NCBI GenBank assembly: GCA_013239625.1
Contig: MU054187.1
Coordinates: forward strand, 4,103,757 to 4,167,756
Origin: Lama guanicoe
Lineage: Eukaryota
Reading direction: 5' to 3'
Length of the DNA stretch: 64,000 nt
Part shown: one piece after another, positions 48,926-62,020 of the stretch
Numbering within the stretch: the first letter of the stretch is position 1
Layout: the number at the start of each line of letters is the position of its first letter
Notes under the pieces: generated by a model
What the model was told of the DNA's origin: nothing
What the model saw: only the letters and a program-made list of their open reading frames with translations
Database searches by the model: none
Program-made: the position numbers and the translations under genes

Positions 48926-49849
48926 ACCAGCATATCACTGATTATGTGGAGTCTTGCTTTAAGCTTTGTTAGGTGGATCTATTCCGGTTTTGCCCTTAGT
49001 TTTAAGAAGCTGGTTCTTAGTTTGGGGATTAGCTAGCACAACTGGTTCCCAATATGTACGTGAGCTGTGACTGTGCAACAGTGAACCTGTCTTCACTCCT
49101 ACCACGTGTTTCAGTGAAGCTCTGAGAGCTGCCAAGTCCTAACGCAGGGAGGTTTCATCTTGTCTCTGCAGCCTCAGGGCGGCGCTGCCCTAGCTGGGCT
49201 CCTTGCTCCCTCCTCACATCCCCAGTTCAAGGACAGCAAAGGATTGGAGAAGAGATATCGGGGCTCCCCCTCTGCGGCTTCCTTTTTTCTGGGATTTCCT
49301 ACTTCGATTTCTCACTGCTCTGACAACCCTGATTTCTGACTCAATTTTCTTCCATCTATTTGATGTCTGCTTTCTTCTTGAGTTTTCCTCTGTGTGTCAC
49401 GTGAACTGGCTCAGAGGAGAGCTGGATATGTGTGTATTTCCTCCAGTCTCTGCCTAGGTTTGGTTACCTTCTAATTTCTTAAAACTGTTGTAATGTGATT
49501 TTATATTTTCTCCAGAGTTTAAAATTGACACAAACGACTCTGTCAGTACCAAGACATCAGTGTGTAATACATTTTTAATGCCTAAATAATTTTATATTTT
49601 AAAACATTAGAAAATAGAATGATTATTGGTATATGTGGAAGTCTTAAAAATTGTTTTACAACCTTAATGGCTTTCCCAGGGCACATATAAGAAAGCCTTA
49701 AAGTTTTCTTTGTCCTCTTCACCTGCCTAATGACACCTTTCTTCCAGCCTCAGAGATTTTTGGTCCTTACTTTTAGATACTCCTCCAGGACTCAGTTTGG
49801 CTTCAGTTGCATATCAGTCTGTCAAGTGCCTTTCTCAGTCCCAACACAT

Positions 49850-51515
49850 GTTTTGTCTTCCAGTTTGACTGAGATAAAATTGACCTTCAGCCTGTTAAGT
49901 TACGGCGCAATGATGTGACTTGCATACATCATGGAACGATGACCACAGTAAGTTCAGTGGACATCCATCACCTCACAGAGACACAAACTTAAAGAAATAG
50001 AAAAAAATATTTTTCCTTGTACCTTTTGATCTCACTCACCTGTATCTCTTCTGCCCCAACATCCCTCCCCTCTGGCAAACATCTGTTTGTTCTCTGTACC
50101 TATAATTCTGTTTTCGTTTTGTTCTGTTTGTTTTGTTCTTCAGATTCCAGGTATAAGTGAACTTACACAGTGTTTGTCTTTCTCTGACTTATTTCACTTG
50201 GCATAATGCCCTCTAGGTCCGTCCATGTTGTCACAAATGGCAAGATTTCATTCTTTTTTATAACTGAGAAATATTGGATTATATATATATAATATCCACT
50301 GTATTCATTCATCTGTCGATGAGATGAGCACTTAGCTGGCTTTCGTGTTTTCGTGAAAAGGATGCTGCTGTGAACGTGGGAATGCTCGTTTCCTTTTCTG
50401 ATGTCAAAGGACCAGCTCTCAGCCTCGTGGCTCTTTTCTATTGTTTTTTAGTCACTGTGTCACAGATTTTTATGATTTTTTTCCTTCTACTAACTTTGGA
50501 ATTGTTTCTTTAGTTGTAAGGTTAGGTTATTTATTTGAGATGGTTTTTTTTTTCCTGAGATTGGCTGGTATCACTATAAACTTCCCACTGAGAACTGCTT
50601 TTCTGACCCACTGGTGTGTAGGGCCACGTCCTGGGTTCTCTGGCTGCACGGCCCTGGGGGTCCCAGAGTCGGCAGGCCTGGCCAGGCCCCAGAGGCCGGG
50701 ACCCTGAGGCTAGTGCTGGTGCTCTGGGATGCAGAACCGTCTTCCGGGCCCTCTGGTGGGCGGGGCCGGGTCCTGGGGCTGCTGCGGGCTCAGAGGGCTT
50801 AAGGCAGCTGGCTTGCTGCTGGGAAGGGCTGTGTCTCCTCGTGCCTGGCTGCTTGTCCTGAGGCATCTCAGAACAGGGCTGATGGGTGGGGCCACGCCCT
50901 GACAGTAGTAAGCTTGAGGGATGATTTGAAAAGGGCGCTTGCCAGCGCCAGTGTCCTCATGGCAGAACGAGCTCCCCAAGTGGCTGCTGCCAGTGTTGGT
51001 GTCCCCAGGGTGAGGTCCAGCTGCCCCCTGCCTCTCCAGGAGGCTCTCCAAGATCAGCAGGTGCATCTTTCAAATCACTGCTTCTGCCCTGGGTCCCTGA
51101 CCACGTGAGACTTTGTTTGCACCCTTTGAGCCTGGAGCCTCTATTTCCCACGGCCCTCTGGCGCTCCCTAAAATAAGCCCCACTGGCCTACAGAGCCAGA
51201 TGTTCCCAGAGCCTGTCCTCCTGGTGCAGCGCCCCCAGGCTGGGGAGCCTGATGTGGGCTCAGGCTGCTGCTCCCTGCGGAGAACACCTGCAATCGTAAC
51301 TACCCCCCATTTATGGGTCACGCACCCGGGGCTGTGGGACTTGGCTGCCTCATTGTGGGTCCTTCTTTATATCTTTAGTTGTGGAAGCTCTTTTCTGCTA
51401 GTCTTCTGGCTTTTCTTATCAATAATTTCTCCATCAGCAGTTGTAATTCTGGTGTGCCCATGGACGGAGATGAACTCTGGGTTTTCCTACTCTGCCGTCT
51501 TGGCCACTCCTAACT
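49850..51515 (-). mobile_element. Internally deleted L1: 5'UTR (~51515-50610), short ORF2 piece (~50605-50405) and ORF2 end/3'UTR (~50400-49850)
   Basis: The minus strand starts ggagtggccaagacggcagagtagg (L1 5' end with YY1-like motif). All three blocks are co-oriented and in L1 order. CCCAACACA occurs on both flanks. Confidence 0.8.
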
Positions 51516-51779
51516 GCCCCCAACACAAATATTAACTGAGTGAAAGAATACATGAAGGAAGGACAGAAGGAAGGAAGGGTCCCTGATAAAGCCGAGCTCC
51601 GGAGCAGAGCACCCACCCTGGCAAACCTCAGGCCCCTTAAAATTGCTTGTACAATGAACAACATTTTGATTTTTGAACTTCTGTCACTAGTCAGCTAATA
51701 CGGTGGCTGCCCTGTAATTCCTCTTTCCCTTGCCGTTCCTCTTTGTGGTTTACTCATTTGCTTATTCCTTCCTGTCTCT

Positions 51780-52095
51780 GACACAATGTCACCTCTTTTC
51801 TCTAAGAGACCACGTGATCATCTTCCCAAAAGAGCACCCTCCCCCACCCCATCACTGTCGATCCTTTTCGTCCGCTTTATTATTTCCTTCATATTAGTTA
51901 CCTCCATATTATATGTTATATATTGCAACATTATATTAAGTTAATGTTGTGTTATATTAGTATGATGTCTTCCCTGGAATATAAGCAACACAAGCCCAGA
52001 AACACTGAATTTTTTCCCACCGCTGTACTCCAGCACTTAGAACAGCACCTGGCACTCAGTGACAGCTCAGCAGAGACTCATCGGACCAATAAGTA
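51780..52095 (+). mobile_element. L2 3' fragment
   Basis: ctggaatataagc...cgctgtactccagcacttagaacagcacctggcactcagt. Confidence 0.65.
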
Positions 52096-54199
52096 CATTT
52101 CATCCCAGTCCTGCAGGATGATTGTTTTTAGCCCCATTGAACAGAGAGCAAAACTGAAGATCAGGAAAATAGAAAACTGGCCCATCATACAACAAATCTG
52201 GATTAAAACCCAGGTGCTCCGACTCCACGCCCGTTGCTTCCTGCGGGACAGCGGACAGTGGGGTGAAGGGTGGGGAGCACAGACAAGGGCGAGGAGGAGG
52301 CTGGAGGGCGGCAGTTTCGTTCCGCTCCTCCTCTGCATGCACTGAATCACCTCTTCTTGAGGTCAGCCCGGCCCTTCGCTCTGGTTACGTCTCAGGTTTG
52401 CAGCATCCGTGTGGTGCCCCTCGTGGGGAAATGGAGCTGGGCTCAACGCCTTGTTGGGACCTGTCTCCTCCACCAGCACCCCCTTCAAATTTTTCTTTGC
52501 TGAGATTCCAAATTCTGCGAGTGAAATAGTTAAGGAAAGTGCCTAGGAGGCTGGGAACTAAATGAGATCAGCCTGTTTGTGCTCATTTTTACTGTACAGA
52601 ATTCCACAAATAAGAATGACTCATCTGGGGCAGGCTAGCCTCTAAATACCTACTTTCTCTGTGACTGACTGCTGGGAGGCCCCACACCGGGGAGACACCT
52701 GGGAAGCAGTTCTGAATAGTCTCATTGGAAAGACCAACATAACTAACATGCAATGCATTTCATGTGTTAACCCAGTAAACAGGGGCCAGAGGAGAAACCC
52801 TCCTGAAGGCACCTGAAGAAACCGCTCGGGAAAACGCTGTAAAGGCACCTCAGCAGTCTGAGCCAGATCACGTCCCACGTGCAGACCTCCCAGGGTGACG
52901 TCTGGATCTTTCTCCCTAGGTACCATCTGGGGGTCAGGGCGGGGCTGGATGTGCTGGCGGGTAGGTGCTCATTCAGCGGGATGCTTCCGACCGGGGCCCC
53001 GGCAGCACAGTTCCAAGCCGGCACAAAGCTGCAGTCTGGCTTTCGTGTGCAATTCGGGCAACTTCGAGAAGGATGTCTCTTCATCCTGCAAGGTCATCCA
53101 GGAGGCAGGCATCAGATGAAACACACACGTACCTGAGGATAAGCAGTGCTCCTCAAGGGGCGGTGTGCTCTTCTCCACACGAGGGAAGAACAACTCTTTC
53201 CTAATTGGGATAAAGCTGTCCAGCTGGTTCCCCACCGCGGGGCGGGTAGGGCCTCCAACGCTCGGAGCTGTGTTGCTTCACCTTCGTCCTTCTGCCAGCT
53301 CTCGGCTCCCTCCAGGTCTACTGGGGAATAAAGAATGGAATTCATTAAAGGCCGCCTACCCAGTAAGTCCTTAATGTCCATTACTTCGTTGGAAAGAAAC
53401 CAGAAAAGCCTCTGAAATTAGTTTATTTTCTTCTCCAACTGGGTCAAATTTTTGAGAAGGGCTTTCTGTAATCTTTGTACATAGAGAAAGGCCATTTCTA
53501 AGTAAACCCTAAGGGTTGAAGATGGGATGGGTGGGGGGGTTTCTGGATTCAGTTACTCTGAAAAGCTAAATATGAATTCTTCATTAATAGAAAAAGAATC
53601 AAGACTGTGAGTGGGAAATGCTGACTTTTTCATCTGCTTTCCTGCTTTTTTTCCCCATCGGTTTTTGGGTCTGAATTTTTCAGCAATAGCAAGACAAATA
53701 ATTTATGGGAAACCATTGGTATACATTTTATTTGGAATTGAGATTAAAATGTATTCTATCACACATAGATGTATTTTGCAGCAAGAATAAAAATATAAAA
53801 CATCATGTCTTTTCAGAAATGAATTATTTTCTTTGCAGTCAATGGGAATTATTACTGAATAAGACTTCCATTTTTAAATGGTGTATTTTATATTTTTATA
53901 GAGGTATTTCTAGTAAGTCAAGAACAGTTTTGTTTTTGTTTTTGTTTTTGTGTTTTTTTAGCAAATTTCAAAGAGTTTTCTCTCTGGGATAATTGGGGAA
54001 AACACTGTGTTCCTACTGGTGAAGCAAGCGTTAGGAATAAACAGTTACGATTCAGCAGAACTGCAACAATGTTTTGCGCTGATGTCTTATCTACACTGTG
54101 GCCAGTGCAGAGGAGAGATGTACCTGCTTGGGGTCAGAAAGACTGATAAATCCTAGCTCTGCCCTTGCAGGCTGGAGGAACTTGGACAATCCAACGACT

Positions 54200-54420
54200 G
54201 GAGGTGGATTTCCCAGGAAACAGACTCTGAGACAGATGTTAGGCTCAGGTGTTTATCAGTGAGGACCGTTGGGATGAAGAGCTGTGGGAGGGAGGAGAAG
54301 GAAGCAGGAATGGCGGCAGAGAATCTGCGCCGCAGGGTTTACCTGGTAGCTGAAGACTGAGTGCCAGCAGCACGCGCAACAGCTGGGCCAAGTCCTCGCT
54401 TAAGGACGGACCCGGCTGGG
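54200..54420 (-). mobile_element. ERVL LTR fragment (LTR16/LTR33-like)
   Basis: ggatttcccaggaaacagactctgagacaga...gaaggaagcagga. Confidence 0.55.
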
Positions 54421-56329
54421 GAATATTTGCTCATCTCTCTTGGCGTCTCTGAGCTCCAGTTTCCTCCTAAGCAGTCCTTGTGAGGACGGACTGCTGTGGT
54501 GACTGGAATCTACACGGCACGGCGCTGAGAACCCCTTACCTCACAGGAAACGTGAACTCTCCATATTATCATCACTCACAGGGTTCTGGCTGAGACAGAT
54601 ACTTTCAAAGTACTTGTTGCTTCAGAAATGGGAACAGTCTTTCAATGCTTCGGCTTCAAAAAGTGTGTATTTCTGGCACATCTGAGAGAAATTGTAGATG
54701 CAACAACTTCTTGAATTTTATTTGGTTGGAGAACAACATTCCAAAGTATATTCGCTTCAGCAAAATCGGGAAGGCAGTGTTATATAAAGACACGAAGACA
54801 CGGTGGAGCCTCACGGATCCTTTGGCAGGAGTACAGGTGGATGTTAGGATCCACTGGTGCAGGAAGACACGAGGGCTCACTCCACATCTTCATCTCTGCT
54901 CCCCAGGAAGCAGCAGCCGCACGGAAAGCACATTGGTGAAGCTTTATTCTCCCTCTGGTCCTGCAGATCTCCTCCCATCACTTCTTTGATCTGCCCAGGA
55001 GATAAACATGGTGGTGACAGCATCCCGGCTTCACTCGAACTGGTCTGACTCGAGTCAGGAGCCCATCCCTGGACCGGCCAAGAGTGGCCAGGGTCACATT
55101 GCCATGTGGCTTTTTCTGGTCCACCTGACGTATGGTTAGATGCGAGGGAGCAGCGGAGTTTCAAGAAAAATGCATGAAGGTGCCAGATAGATAAAAACAG
55201 TAGGTGGCCACTGAAACTACAAAGCTGGGAAAAATACTTTTTCTTGGATGTCACCTTAGTGGAATAAAGACAATGTGGATCACTGGGGAAAGGCAGATTA
55301 TAGATCAGAGGGTAACAGGACTTTTATCTGCTGACAGAAAGAATCATTGCTACATTTTTTTTTTCTAAATAGACTGGGAGTGGCGGGCAGAGGAGATGCA
55401 GGGGCCCATTGCTCTAGGAAACTCTAATTATTTCATGTTACAGGAATTTTCCAGTCAGAAACTGGCAGGGATTTCCTCATATTTTCATGTTGTTTTCATG
55501 GCACAAATTTTAGAGAGTGAAGTAAATAAAGCCAACATCCCCCTTTCAGTTCCCTTGACCTTGTATGCTGTCCCTCTTCCCGGTGAAGAGACAGAAATTT
55601 GGGCAGAATATTAGACCTGGAGCGGCATCATTTTATTCCAAGGGCTTCAGGGATAGAATGTTCCGATGCAGAAAATGTTTCATCAATTATATGCAGTATT
55701 TCAGAAAATGAGCACTGAATGATGCGCATTAAGGACTGGGCACGTGCGTCGAGATGTTCCGCAGACTCTTCCTGCCAGAATAATCAGCCCTGATGAGAAA
55801 TTTGATCTTCCTCTTGTCATTTTCATTCTGAACGGTTTCTTGCGGGAAGCATTCCAGCGCAACAACAGTTTATAAAAAGTGCTTTGTAAGCTCGAAAGTA
55901 GCATCTCTGTCTCAGTGGATGCAACATCTCTGCCAGCTCCAAACGGCCCACCGGAGTTGTTACGTTCGCATCGAGTTTCTGAGGCCACGTGGAGCTGCTG
56001 TATCTCCTGCGTTTTCTGGGACCACGTAGCTGCTCTCGTCTCTGTTCCATTTTCAGATGCGATGCCGCTGTCACAGCCCTAATGTTCTCGAGTTGTCAGG
56101 ATAAAAGGTGCGCGAAAGAGTTTTGAAAATGCATTTCCCCACATCCAACCCCCGATTCACTGGTATGTATGCATTTCCTCTCTCTGATAAGCAGCGTGAC
56201 TCGGCTTAGGGGTCAAGCACACTTGGGTCTGGATTCTGACAGAGCCCCTTATTAGCTCCCTGGTCTTGAACAGGTAGCTCTCACTCCTGGGTCAGGAAAC
56301 GTCCCTCCGTCCTTAACAGCCTCGGCATC

Positions 56330-57350
56330 ACCTTCATCTTCTGGGAACTTGAACTTTTTTGCCTGCAAGCCAGCTTTTTTTCTGGTAACATTTTCCCTGA
56401 AGCCTTCTCAGAAAAGGTTGGTTTTCTTTTCTCATATCCCAGTTGCCTTAGGTACTGTCTTTGCCACCTCTCCCCACCACCATCATTTCCAGACCATTAG
56501 GTCTCCTAGTCTCCTGAAAAAAAATGCTGCTTCTTTGAAGTTCACATCATCCACTCCTATGAGCTTCCGCTTCCTTCTAACAGGCAAAATCCCGTTCACA
56601 TGCTCCCGTGACTTCATTCACTGAATGCTTTAGTCTCTAGATGGCAGCCTTCTTTTTCCACCCAAACTTGCCAGCATCTTAGGTGACTTCAACAACCCTG
56701 AAGATGCCTTCAGATCTTAGCTTCTCAGTTCCTAGACTACGTCTTTCCAATGACCTTTTGACAACTGTACTGCACCCGCCCACCCTGTTGTCACGTCTGG
56801 GACCACGTCATCACTAGAAACTCTACCACCTCTGAAATCCCCAGCTAAAACCTCGCCATCCTAGCTTCCTGTCATTTCAGCTCATGTGCTCAAGTGCTCT
56901 CGGGGTGACGATTTTTCAACCTCACTGCAAATTCTAGCCCATTAATCCCACAACTTCTTTCCACTGGCCCTCCCCTTGTTGCCATTCTTCTCTACTTAGT
57001 GTACCTCCTACGATTCATCATTGTGACCACTCTCTTGCAAACAGTGCCACCTCTGATGCCTTCCTCTGCTGATCCCACCCACCTGGTAACCCCCTAACAT
57101 TGAATGAACTTCAGCTCCCCACACTCCCACTGCCTGCATCCAAGCAGCAGAGGGTTATTGGAGAAAACCCAGCAATCAGGCTGGTATTACTCTAAATTAA
57201 CATTCACCCGCCTCCACGGGGGTCTCACGCCTGCAGTCCTAGGTGTTTAAATATATTCCTTCCTAACTTCTCCCAGCTCCAACGCTTCTTCCCGCTGCTC
57301 CTCAGAAGCAGACTGCCCTTTACTTTATCAAGAAAACAGAAACTTTCAGA
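56330..57350 (+). mobile_element. L2 internal (ORF2 endonuclease-region) fossil
   Basis: atcttaggtgacttcaacaac (ILGDFN motif) followed by pyrimidine-rich L2-like sequence. Confidence 0.55.
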
Positions 57351-58729
57351 GGTTTTGTTCCACTAAAAGAAGTGTGACAGGGACAAATACTTGATTAATT
57401 GATAGAAAAATCAGGCCAACATGGAGAAATAAAATAAAGATACCCCTACACATATCTTACACACTTTATTTTGATTTTATACATAGAAAGGACATTTATC
57501 TATACGTTTTGAATGGCTGGTCGAGGCCATTGCTTAGCCCGCGGCCCTGGGGGTCTCAGTTCCTCATTGTCTTTTTTGTGCAGGCTCAGGTTTTTCTGTT
57601 AAGCCATTGAAATATGTGATTTCCAGTTTCAGTCTTTTTAAAGATGAATAACTACTTGCGTATTTTTGCAAACAAGCTGAATTTAGAAGAGAATGCTTTC
57701 TATTTATTGTATTTTTTTCTTCAAACTTGAAGAATAGTCTTGCCCACACCACACTGAACACTTCTTAATGACCGCCCTTTACTCAGTCTTTCCAATGCAT
57801 TCAGTATCGCGTCGTTAGAAACAACTCTCTTTTCACCCTCATAGTTCATGGCTTGTGTGATATTTTATTAGTTTATGCAATTATTATAACAAACATAACT
57901 GGTATAGCTAGACTTGGAACCAGCGTCACTGTCTCTTGACATGCATATAGGTCAGCTGAGGAGAGAATAAATTCACTTCCTTCTATGTCCTTTAATACAT
58001 GCAAACCCTTTGATCATTATAATCTTCTTCCTTTCAAACAACAGCAGATACATTTATGTTTTAAAATGTAGATAATAGACATTGGAATGAGAAGGAAAGT
58101 ACAGTTTGCAAGCAGTTACACTAAATGAGTTATTTATTTCTAAAGGTAAATTTTAAATTGGTTTGAACTGAGATATCATCATTAAAAGTCAATTATCGAG
58201 TTAGTATTTTTCAACAACTGATAATGAAAATCCCTAAAAATGTAATGATGCCTATTATGACCTGTTTTAGTTACACATATAAATGGCTATTTGAAGTTTA
58301 ACCAAATTAGAGTACTCCTTAAAGCTAAATGTTCAGATTCTCTTATTGCAGGCAGTGTATACATGACAAGGTTACTTTAGGCGTAATGTTCATTTAAACA
58401 GATGTTGCTTATTAATAATACTATTAGTCAAATTGTTAACATATGAACTAGTGGGAGGTGGAATATGAGATTCTTTGATACATGATACTGCTTACACTTT
58501 CAATTGTTTTGAAAGATACAAGAATTTAGAAGAAATTAAAATAAAAATCTTCAGCAGATTCTGCATGTATTTAAACAATATGTTAATTTCATCAGTGAGC
58601 ATATTTCACCTTCAATATTAGAGAAGGCTTTCCTACCATCTCTCTGCTGTCACTATTGTTAAAAAACAAAATCAACACGTATCGAAAGGTGATCAAATTC
58701 AACTACTGTCATGAAAAAGAAAGATTTTT

Positions 58730-59458
58730 TATGTTATTATTATTTTTATTGAAGTATAGTTGATGTACAATGTTACATGAGTTATAGGTGTACAATATAG
58801 TGATTCACAATTTTTAAAGATTAGACTCCAGTTTTAGTTATTATAAATCATTAGCTATATTCCCTGTGTTGTACAGTATATCTTTGTAGCTTATTTTACA
58901 CAAAATAGTTTGTATCTCTTATCCCCTTATCCCTATATTGCACCCCTCTTCCCTCTCCCCACTGGTAACCACTAGTTTATTCTCTATATCTGTAATTTTG
59001 CTTCTTTTTTGTTATATTTACCAGTTTGTTGCATTTTTAAGATTCTACATATAAGTGATATCATGCAGTATTTGTCTTTCTCTGTCTGACTTATTTCACT
59101 TAGCATAATGCCCTCCAAGTGGATCTATGTTGTTGCAAATGGCAACATTTCATTCTTTTTTATGGCTGAGTAATATTCAATTGTATATGTACCATATCTT
59201 CTTTATCCGTTCATTTGTTAATGGACACTTAGGTTGCTTCCATATCTTGGCCATTGTAAATAGTGCTGCTGTGAACATTGAGGTGCATGTATCTTTCCAA
59301 ATTAGTTTTTGTTTCCTTCAGACATATACACAGGAGTGGAATTGCTGGGTCATATAGTAGTTCTATTTTCAGTTTTTTGAGAAACCTCCATACTTCCATA
59401 GTGGCTGCACCAATTTACATTCCTACCAACAGTGCACAAGGGTTCCTTTTTCTCCACA
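58730..59458 (-). mobile_element. Relatively young cetartiodactyl-type L1 3' end, 5'-truncated
   Basis: tttttattgaagtatagttgatgtacaat...ccccactggtaaccactagttt...gtggctgcaccaatttacattcctaccaacagtg, well preserved. Confidence 0.92.
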
Positions 59459-60431
59459 TGATTTTACGTTTTTTAAATACCTGCCTTCTTAAGGATTGTG
59501 AATTGTTAGCAGTGCACTTCCAAATAGAGAGTATTCTATCTCAGTATATGATGTTTAGAGAAAATATTATGTAACAGTAAAGAATACTAAGAATTCTAAA
59601 GCAATAAGAATTCTAGTCACTATTTCTAACTCTTAAGTTACTGCCACCTAAATAAAAGTAGTTGCAGGTAATTTAGTAAAATTTTATTTAACTGTTTATC
59701 TACGGGTACAAAGTTTTTGTACCGTGTCTTAAGAGTCAGTAGCTAGACTCGAATTTAGTTACAATCTAAATTTAAATTTTAAGGTGAAAAGAAAATATTT
59801 GCATAGGTTTTTCCAACTTATCCCATGCTTATCCATGTGGTCCCCCCCCCAACCTCCAACCTCACCCAAGATACGTTTATCCCTCTGCATCAGTGATCAC
59901 TTCTTGGCTTGGCCTTTATCTTCTCTGAGAGTGAAGTCCTCAGGCAGATAAACAAAAAGCTGCTAGTAGCCCCATATTTCTATACTGACAATCTGGTATT
60001 TTTTTAGCCTTCATATTTTCCAGGATAAGGAGGTTGACAATACATCCTTCAGAATGAGGGCGAATGCCTCTGGATGTCTTCTACTGGCAGATTTACAGCA
60101 GATGGAGAAAAGGAGGGGCTCTCTGCTGCCATCAGCTTATCCAGTGTGTGTCCAAAGTTGCATGTGGCAAATTAGTGTGTACATGATGGGGCCCCTTTGG
60201 GGGGCCCGTGACTCCGCCAGGAGGATGTGCTCTCGGAAGCTGTAGGGTATTGAGAGGGCGCCCCAAAGGCATGTCTTCCCTCCTTTTCCCTTAACTCCAC
60301 CTCTCCAGGGGGAGACCAGACACCTACCGAGAGAGAACACTGTGTCCTGAGGATGCCGCATTCTACTCCTGATTGTTTTTCTTTCTTGACCCTGCTATCT
60401 GTTGGTTACAAAATCAGGGACGTCTAAAAGA

Positions 60432-60480
60432 GTGTGTGTGCGTGCGCGTGCGCACGTGCATGCGCGCACGTGTGTGCATG
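60432..60480. repeat. Alternating purine-pyrimidine tract (GT/GC/AC/AT), 49 nt
   Basis: gtgtgtgtgcgtgcgcgtgcgcacgtgcatgcgcgcacgtgtgtgcatg. Confidence 0.9.
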
Positions 60481-60539
60481 AGGTGTTTTTCATTTATGGA
60501 CACGTGGGGATTCTCAAGATTGGGTGACAGAAAAATAGT

Positions 60540-60750
60540 ATTTGGAATAGATTGGTGCCAGACACCTCTAGATGTGAACTCTGGCTCCACTCATGTATGT
60601 TACCTGTGCAAGTTTCCCAGCCACCCTGAAAGTTTCCTTAACTTTAAAATAGGGACAACACCATCCATCTATCAGGGTTGTTTTGGGGATTAAACCATAA
60701 CACGTACAATGTGTATAGTAAAATGTTTGACATATAGAAACAATTAAACA
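60540..60750 (+). mobile_element. MIR SINE
   Basis: gtgaactctggctccactc...gcaagtt...agtttccttaactttaaaataggga...cagggttgttttggggattaaa. Confidence 0.8.
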
Positions 60751-61784
60751 GCGGTGGTTCCTTTACCTAACCAATAACACCAGTGGGTCCTCCGCAAAAG
60801 TTCATCATCTGAACTGAAAACATGGTAAATAGGGCAGAAGCTCTCGGCTGACTTAACAAGCTACCAAACTTCACAATCCAAGGTCACGGGAATCCATTGC
60901 CCCCAGGAGTGCACTACCCGCTGGTCGGCACCCACGTCCTGTAGGTCCCTGTGCCGAGCGTGGTAGGGTTTACAGTGAGAATTCCCCAAAGGGCCTTAGA
61001 TTCAAGACTTGCTTGACATTAGGAAACCACAAAACCTTCTGAGCCAAGAAGCGACACGCCAAAAGTGTCCTTTAAGAATTGTGACTTGCTGGTGTGTGTG
61101 GGATGGTCTGGAGACTGGAGAAGCCAGAGGTGCTGAGGAGGCAGGAGGTGCTGAGGAGGCAGGATGTCGCTGTGACCGTCTAGCACAGCGAGGTGGTGAG
61201 GTCCGAACAAGGTGGTTAAACCTGGGGCTTCCCTTCCAGGAATGATGATCTCCTTTGACAAAAGTGTTAGAGAGGCATTGCACTTTGATGATAAATGCCC
61301 TCCCATCCTTGTGACAACATCTGGGGACTTGAGTCTGTGGATCTGACCCTAATGCAGAGGCCAACTGGCAAAGGTGGTAAGTGTCTAAGGGACACACGTC
61401 TCAGTCAGCAGGTTGGAAGTGATGGGCACAAAGAGGAAGCGAGAAAGAGAGGGTGACAAGTCAATCATGACCTAGTTTCAAGGGCTTGGTAAAATGGCTC
61501 TTACAGCACAAGCTAACATGAATTTACAGGGGACAGCGTAAATGATGCTGAAGTCAAAGATGCCTCAGCGGCAGTGGGCACTGAGAGCGGAGTGAAAGTA
61601 ACTGGCGTGTAGGAGGAGTCAATCTGCGACTGCCAGATTAATTTGTTAGAAGAATCATCTAAGTCCAGGCTGGTTATCCGAGTAGGATGACAAGGAAAGG
61701 GCCAGAAAATGAATGAAGAAAGTGAATCAGGCGCTGAGGTTAGTAGGAAAGTCAGCAGAACGTCTTAGAGATCAAAAGACGCTG

Positions 61785-62020
61785 TAGGAGGGCGGGAAGA
61801 CGGCGCGGTTCGGCGGGGAGCCGGCCACGGCGAGCGGGCGGCAGGCCGGCGGTGGGACGGCCCTGCGAGCCGCGGCGGGCGGGGCGCGCGGCAGTGCCTT
61901 CCCCGCAGGGCGTGACACGGGCACCGGCTCGTGCTTGCACCGCAGGCCGCCGCGAGCGTGTTCAGAGCGCAGCCAGGGCTCCAAAAGCCCAGCGTGAGAG
62001 GGCTCCTAACGGCGGAGTAG
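61785..62020. promoter_or_regulatory. Narrow orphan CpG/GC peak
   Basis: About 200 bp of very dense CpG with a GC box (gggcggggc near 61877-61885) and AT-rich flanks. Confidence 0.6.

Noticed and set aside
50441..51664. Cluster of ORFs up to 140 aa
   Set aside because: All fall in the L1 5'UTR and ORF2 remnant.
52414..52430. Additional partial CTCF-like motifs (also near 2284, 36458, 49172 and 53151)
   Set aside because: Each lacks a core position or has wrong spacing, which is too weak to call without data.
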